From the NCBI GenBank assembly GCA_963775465.1, contig CAVZIW010000013.1, positions 96,001 to 160,000 on the forward strand: 64,000 bases of DNA. Direction: 5' to 3'. Below the pieces are notes generated by a model. That model worked only from the letters and a program-made list of their open reading frames with translations, had not been told where the DNA came from and did no database searches. This DNA is from Candidatus Bathyarchaeota archaeon. Its GTDB lineage: Archaea; Thermoproteota; Bathyarchaeia; Bathyarchaeales; Bathycorpusculaceae. How positions within the stretch are numbered: the first letter of the stretch is position 1; each line of letters opens with the position of its first letter. A program made the position numbers and the translations under genes. Positions 59,669 through 64,000 of this stretch are shown here, piece after piece.

Positions 59669-61093
59669 TTGAGTATGGATGGCAACTTGGTGAAAAAAAA
59701 GCAAAAAGAATCTACTGAAAAGTTGAAAGTTGTGTTCGCGGACCCGCCGTTTGGTCGAGAATCCAAAGGTGAGGCTGTGACTGAGTCGCCGAACCTGGGA
59801 ATTCTATATATAATCAGCTATGCCAAATCGCGTTTGTCAAATGTTGAATTCACGTATCTCGAACCTTTTCTATCCATGGAAGAGCATCTCGAAAAAGTCA
59901 AACAAATAAAGCCTAATGTTTACGCTATATCTTTCACTACTCCGAGAAGAGAGCTGTCTTTTAAGACGATAAATGGAGTAAGCAAGTTGGGTTTGAAAAT
60001 GCTTATGGTAGCAGGTGGAGCTCATCCAACAATTGACCCGCAAGACGTCCTCAATAATACACCAATCGAAATTTGCATCATAGGGGAGGGTGAAGAAACC
60101 GTAACTGAGTTGCTAAAAAATGTTCAATGCAAAGAGCCGATTTCAAATGTTACTGGAACGGTTAACCTGCAGAAAAATAACGGGGTAAGACCACTCCTCA
60201 AAGATATAGATTTCTCCCCAGCATGGGAAATAATTGATTTTGAAAATTACGACATTGCAGTAAGCAAAAAAAAACGTATGGCATATCTGCTTCCCATCCG
60301 AGGGTGCCCCAACTATTGCACATACTGCTCCAATCCAGTATGGAAGCTTGAAAAACCGTGGATACGGCAACGTTCACCTAAAAACATTGCCGAAGAAATT
60401 AACTATCTCTATGGCAGAGGCATAAGAGAGATCTATCTTCGATCTGATACATTTAACGTTAATATTAAATGGTGCTTGGAAGTTTGTAGCGAAATTGAAA
60501 AACTAAACCTGAACGACATGACGTTCCAATGTAACCTGCGTGCCGACAACTTAACCAACGAGTTAGCACAAAAACTCCGCGACATTCACGTTTGGCTTGC
60601 ACATATTGGTCTTGAATCTGCAAACGAACGCGTACTCAAAGGAATAGGTAAAAACGCGACACAAGCCGACAACATACGAACCCTGGACCTGTTAAAGAAG
60701 CATCACATCAAAGTATATGGTTTCCTGATGCTCTACAACGCGTGGGAAATAAATGGCAAACTTGAATATGAAACTCCAGAAGAAGTCAATAATACCTTAG
60801 AATTTGCAAAAAACTGCCTAAAAAACAACCTCATCGAGTATATTTCTTGGTCAATAACGAACCCAATCATCGGCTCAAAACTCTATGACATTGCCAAAAA
60901 ATTCAACATCGCGACCTACAACGTCAAAATAGGAAACTGTATGAACCTTCCAGGAATAAGCGAACAACAAATGGTTGAGCACGTTAAACAAGGCATGATT
61001 CTACAATTGCTAAACGGAATTCAGAAGGGCATGATTACAAAGAGAAGCTACAAGCGAGCTGCTCAGAAAGCTATCAAAATCCTAAACATGTAA
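59669..61093 (+). CDS. B12-binding domain radical SAM protein
   Basis: PNLGILYI, GGAHPT, GEGE, RGCPNYCTYC, GLES. Confidence 0.92.
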   Translation: MSMDGNLVKKKQKESTEKLKVVFADPPFGRESKGEAVTESPNLGILYIISYAKSRLSNVEFTYLEPFLSMEEHLEKVKQIKPNVYAISFTTPRRELSFKTINGVSKLGLKMLMVAGGAHPTIDPQDVLNNTPIEICIIGEGEETVTELLKNVQCKEPISNVTGTVNLQKNNGVRPLLKDIDFSPAWEIIDFENYDIAVSKKKRMAYLLPIRGCPNYCTYCSNPVWKLEKPWIRQRSPKNIAEEINYLYGRGIREIYLRSDTFNVNIKWCLEVCSEIEKLNLNDMTFQCNLRADNLTNELAQKLRDIHVWLAHIGLESANERVLKGIGKNATQADNIRTLDLLKKHHIKVYGFLMLYNAWEINGKLEYETPEEVNNTLEFAKNCLKNNLIEYISWSITNPIIGSKLYDIAKKFNIATYNVKIGNCMNLPGISEQQMVEHVKQGMILQLLNGIQKGMITKRSYKRAAQKAIKILNM

Positions 61094-61099
61094 CATCTT

Positions 61100-61885
61100 T
61101 TGAAAAAGAGCAACAGCGATAAACTATTTATCTTTCAGGAAATCATATTGGCACCTATGTCTTCATGTTCAGAGGACAACATCAAAGTTGATTTTGTTGT
61201 CCCTTCAAAAGATAAACCCAACCAAAAATTGTTACACATTCTTGGGCAAATGCCATGTGCGGGAGAAATTATTAATACACATGAAAAACCGCTCAGCGTC
61301 GCACGAAAACAGGGAGTCTTGCAGGCTAATACTGAGTGGGTGGCTATGGTCGATGATGATATGCTTCTACCTAATGATTGGCTAAAATTAGTTACAAAAG
61401 CTATTGAACCAAATGTGGGTGCTATTGGCACAGTTGCCGTGCACAAAAACAAACATGTTGCTGCTTATGAGCGAGTTGTTGGAACTGTCTATAGACTTGA
61501 CAAAATAGACACTAATCCACATATAAACAACATCATAATTCGGCGTAAACTTATGGAAAATTATGAGCCTCCACGATTATTTTTTGGGGAAGACCAGTAC
61601 TTTAAACATTATGTCCAGAAAACAGGCTATACCTGGAAAGTTTTACCCTTTCTTGGCGCAACACATCTAGGCACATCAAAAAATTATGTTATTATCGGAA
61701 TAACTTACAGACGATATGGACACTTTGGACTCTACAAACTAGCAAGAAGAATGGTAGCGAGATTTATTTTTACACCGTTTGCAGCACTCATAAACGCAAG
61801 TTCCACAACATTTTGGTATTTAACTAGGCGCAATGTAGAATTCATCTCGGGTTTTGCAAAAGAGGTAATTGCAGAAAAATTTTAA
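61100..61885 (+). CDS. GT2 glycosyltransferase
   Basis: VVPS, ARKQG, VDDD, GED motifs. Confidence 0.85.
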   Translation: MKKSNSDKLFIFQEIILAPMSSCSEDNIKVDFVVPSKDKPNQKLLHILGQMPCAGEIINTHEKPLSVARKQGVLQANTEWVAMVDDDMLLPNDWLKLVTKAIEPNVGAIGTVAVHKNKHVAAYERVVGTVYRLDKIDTNPHINNIIIRRKLMENYEPPRLFFGEDQYFKHYVQKTGYTWKVLPFLGATHLGTSKNYVIIGITYRRYGHFGLYKLARRMVARFIFTPFAALINASSTTFWYLTRRNVEFISGFAKEVIAEKF

Positions 61886-62006
61886 AAAAGAGAGCCCTTT
61901 CAGCTGAATTGGCAAAGACAACAATTCTTGGGTTTTGATTTCAAATTTATTTTTAAAACCCGTTTTTTGTTAAACTTTTTTAATCAGAATATAGAGAAGA
62001 CATGTT

Positions 62007-62519
62007 ATGCAAAATGCAAAGTGCGGTGTTGGAATAGTTATCGGTGCAAACGTGGAAATAGGATTGAATGTTGCCATCTGGAACTATGTTGTATTAGGCG
62101 ACAACTCAAAAATTGGCGAAGGCACCATAATCGGAAGCTTTGTGGATATCGGCAAAAATGTGATTGTAGGAAAGAACTGCAACATACAAGCGCATGTAAC
62201 AATCTCAAACGGGTGTATTCTCGGTGATAACGTGTTTATCGCTCCAAACACCAGTCTACTAAATGACAAATACCCAAAAAGTCCATTTTTGACTCCGCCT
62301 ATAATAAAAGATGGCGCTCAAATCGGAGGAGGAGTAACTATTTTGCCCAATGTTACAGTTGGAGAAAAGGCGGTCGTTGGTGGAGGAAGTGTAATTACTA
62401 AAGATGTTGAATCAAAAACTGTTGTGGCTGGGGCACCTGCAAAATTTGTTATGAATTTACCGAGTTATGAAGCAAAGCGTGACGCTTTCATAAAATCACA
62501 AAGCAAGGTGCAAAAATGA
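62007..62519 (+). CDS. Hexapeptide-repeat acyltransferase (WbpD-like sugar N-acetyltransferase)
   Basis: Left-handed beta-helix repeats; NDKYP; VAGAPA. Confidence 0.9.
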   Translation: MQNAKCGVGIVIGANVEIGLNVAIWNYVVLGDNSKIGEGTIIGSFVDIGKNVIVGKNCNIQAHVTISNGCILGDNVFIAPNTSLLNDKYPKSPFLTPPIIKDGAQIGGGVTILPNVTVGEKAVVGGGSVITKDVESKTVVAGAPAKFVMNLPSYEAKRDAFIKSQSKVQK

Positions 62520-63496
62520 AAATATGGTATGACGCTTGCACCGGCAAACAAGTTCGATATGCAGTAGCCATTGCTCAGCGTCTGAGGAAGAAAGGGCACG
62601 AATTTATTTTCACCACAAGAGAACACCCAGATACTATTTCTCTGTCCAAAATTCTGGGAGAAAAACCCATCGTTATAGGCAAATACAATCCCTTAACGTA
62701 TAACTCAAGATTGCAAGAAAGTGCTAGACGTATTATTGAATTTGCTAAGCTTTTTAAGCACAACAAACCCGACATAGCTATTGCACATCAATCCGTGGAA
62801 CTTTGCCGAACTGCTTTCGGTTTAGGAATCCCTATAATCCTTACAGCTGATACACCCTATGCTTACGCCGTGAATAAGCTAACTATTCCCTTTGCCCACA
62901 CTGTTGTAGTTTCGGAAGCATTACCGAGGAAGTTTACAAAAGAATATTGCGCAAAAAAAACTGTTTTTTTCAAAGGTGTCGATGAGGTTGCATGGATAAA
63001 AGATTTCAAACCAGCCAAAATCACTGGCTTAAAAAAGCCCTTAATTGTGATCAGACAAATAGAGGCCAAAGCTGTGTATGCCCAAGATAAAAAAGATCTC
63101 TCAAAAAACATCGCAAAAAAACTGGGTGAAATAGGAGCAGTACATCTTATAAAGAGATACAACAAACAGGGTGAGACTTTCAGCAACAAAGAAGACTTTT
63201 TAGATTCGGCGAATCTTGTAGCAAACGCAGATTTAGTAGTGAGTTACGGTGGAACGATAGCTAGAGAAGCTGCGTTGCAAGGTGTTCCCAGCGTTGCAAT
63301 CTCAGATATGGCAAAAACCTACGTGAATCGATATGTTGCTCAGAAAGGTTTTCCACTGTTCATAACAACTGAAAAGGAGATTCTTTGGTACGCTAAAAAG
63401 TATTTGGGTAGAAGAGTTAACGTTGAGGATAAGCTTGCACTGTTGGAAAGTCCGGTTGACGCAATTGAAAAAGCAGTGGAAATGATTAAACCTTAA
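62516..63496 (+). CDS. DUF354 family (GT-B fold) protein
   Basis: MKIWYD, SVE, DTP, GGTIAREAALQGVP. Confidence 0.85.
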   Translation: MKIWYDACTGKQVRYAVAIAQRLRKKGHEFIFTTREHPDTISLSKILGEKPIVIGKYNPLTYNSRLQESARRIIEFAKLFKHNKPDIAIAHQSVELCRTAFGLGIPIILTADTPYAYAVNKLTIPFAHTVVVSEALPRKFTKEYCAKKTVFFKGVDEVAWIKDFKPAKITGLKKPLIVIRQIEAKAVYAQDKKDLSKNIAKKLGEIGAVHLIKRYNKQGETFSNKEDFLDSANLVANADLVVSYGGTIAREAALQGVPSVAISDMAKTYVNRYVAQKGFPLFITTEKEILWYAKKYLGRRVNVEDKLALLESPVDAIEKAVEMIKP

Positions 63497-64000
63497 ACTC
63501 TACTTCAATTGTGTCGCCAACTTTGGCCGAAAATTTTTCTGCAGCGCTACCTTGATTTAAAGCTATTTCCAAAAATCCATGACTGCCAAATAATGCAATT
63601 GCTTGCTTTAACTTTGCTTGACCATAAGTTTTGCAGAATGAAAGGTGAAGTTTTTGGTTTGGCAGTTTAACTTTGACTGTATTAGCAAAACTAGCTTCGC
63701 GTGTGGTGATGTTTGAGACTATGTTGCCAAAGCCATCGATGTGTAAAATTTCGCCGACGAAGTAATTAACTTTCTTTTTCACTATAGCAAATTTAGGCTC
63801 AACTGCATCAGTTAGTTCAGGACCAAAAGCTGAAGGTGTAACTCCATTATCTAGGTAGGCCGCAACGGGTGCAAAAATGTCTCTTCCGTGGAACGTGTTG
63901 GATACTTGAGAAAGAAAAAACTTGGGATTTGTAATTTGATGGATATGTTTTATACCTTGTTTTTGGGCTGATAACATCAAAACGCCGTTGTCTGGTCCAA
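63486..64000 (-). CDS. SAM hydroxide adenosyltransferase / DUF62 family (3' part)
   Basis: GPDNG, SNTFHGRDIFAP, IDGFGN, GSHGFLEIA. Confidence 0.92.
   Translation of the reverse strand, partial: GPDNGVLMLSAQKQGIKHIHQITNPKFFLSQVSNTFHGRDIFAPVAAYLDNGVTPSAFGPELTDAVEPKFAIVKKKVNYFVGEILHIDGFGNIVSNITTREASFANTVKVKLPNQKLHLSFCKTYGQAKLKQAIALFGSHGFLEIALNQGSAAEKFSAKVGDTIEVEFKV

Noticed and set aside
1-64000. CRISPR arrays, transposases, integrases, selenoprotein TGA read-through
   Set aside because: None seen; the redox genes use ordinary Cys codons

Overview
Archaeal chromosomal window. Gene content and style suggest Bathyarchaeia/TACK (TFB, Gar1, L7Ae, L24e, S28e, L40e, Alba, NusA-like, Hel308, frequent TTG starts); this assignment is inferred. 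From left to right: (1) 5' part of a his operon (hisG-D-C-B) with an RHH-V4R-like regulator, a C/D-box sRNA, PAC2 and initiator tRNA-Met; (2) a ribophorin-I-like membrane protein; (3) a ~17 kb metal/oxidative-stress region (ferredoxins, CopA, YHS, PDO, FprA, rubrerythrin, Grx-FTR, Nth, Prx, wHTH-VIT1, two Cys-rich divergent regulators with paired palindromic sites, ferritin-like protein, flavodoxin, GsiB-like protein) that also holds a tandem-Alba protein and an orphan PriS paralog; (4) MtdA/B-like dehydrogenase, MscS and a DAP lysine operon; (5) information-processing genes; (6) an unusual iscS-iscU-sufS-orf operon; (7) a surface-glycan cluster. The most notable signals are genes whose conserved N-termini lack any in-frame ATG/GTG/TTG (copA, sufS, a small ORF), an A8 slippery run joining iscU to sufS, a degenerate IscS, and the tandem-Alba and ribophorin-like proteins. 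I saw no CRISPR array, rRNA or intact mobile element. All family assignments are by eye from motifs; no searches were run.
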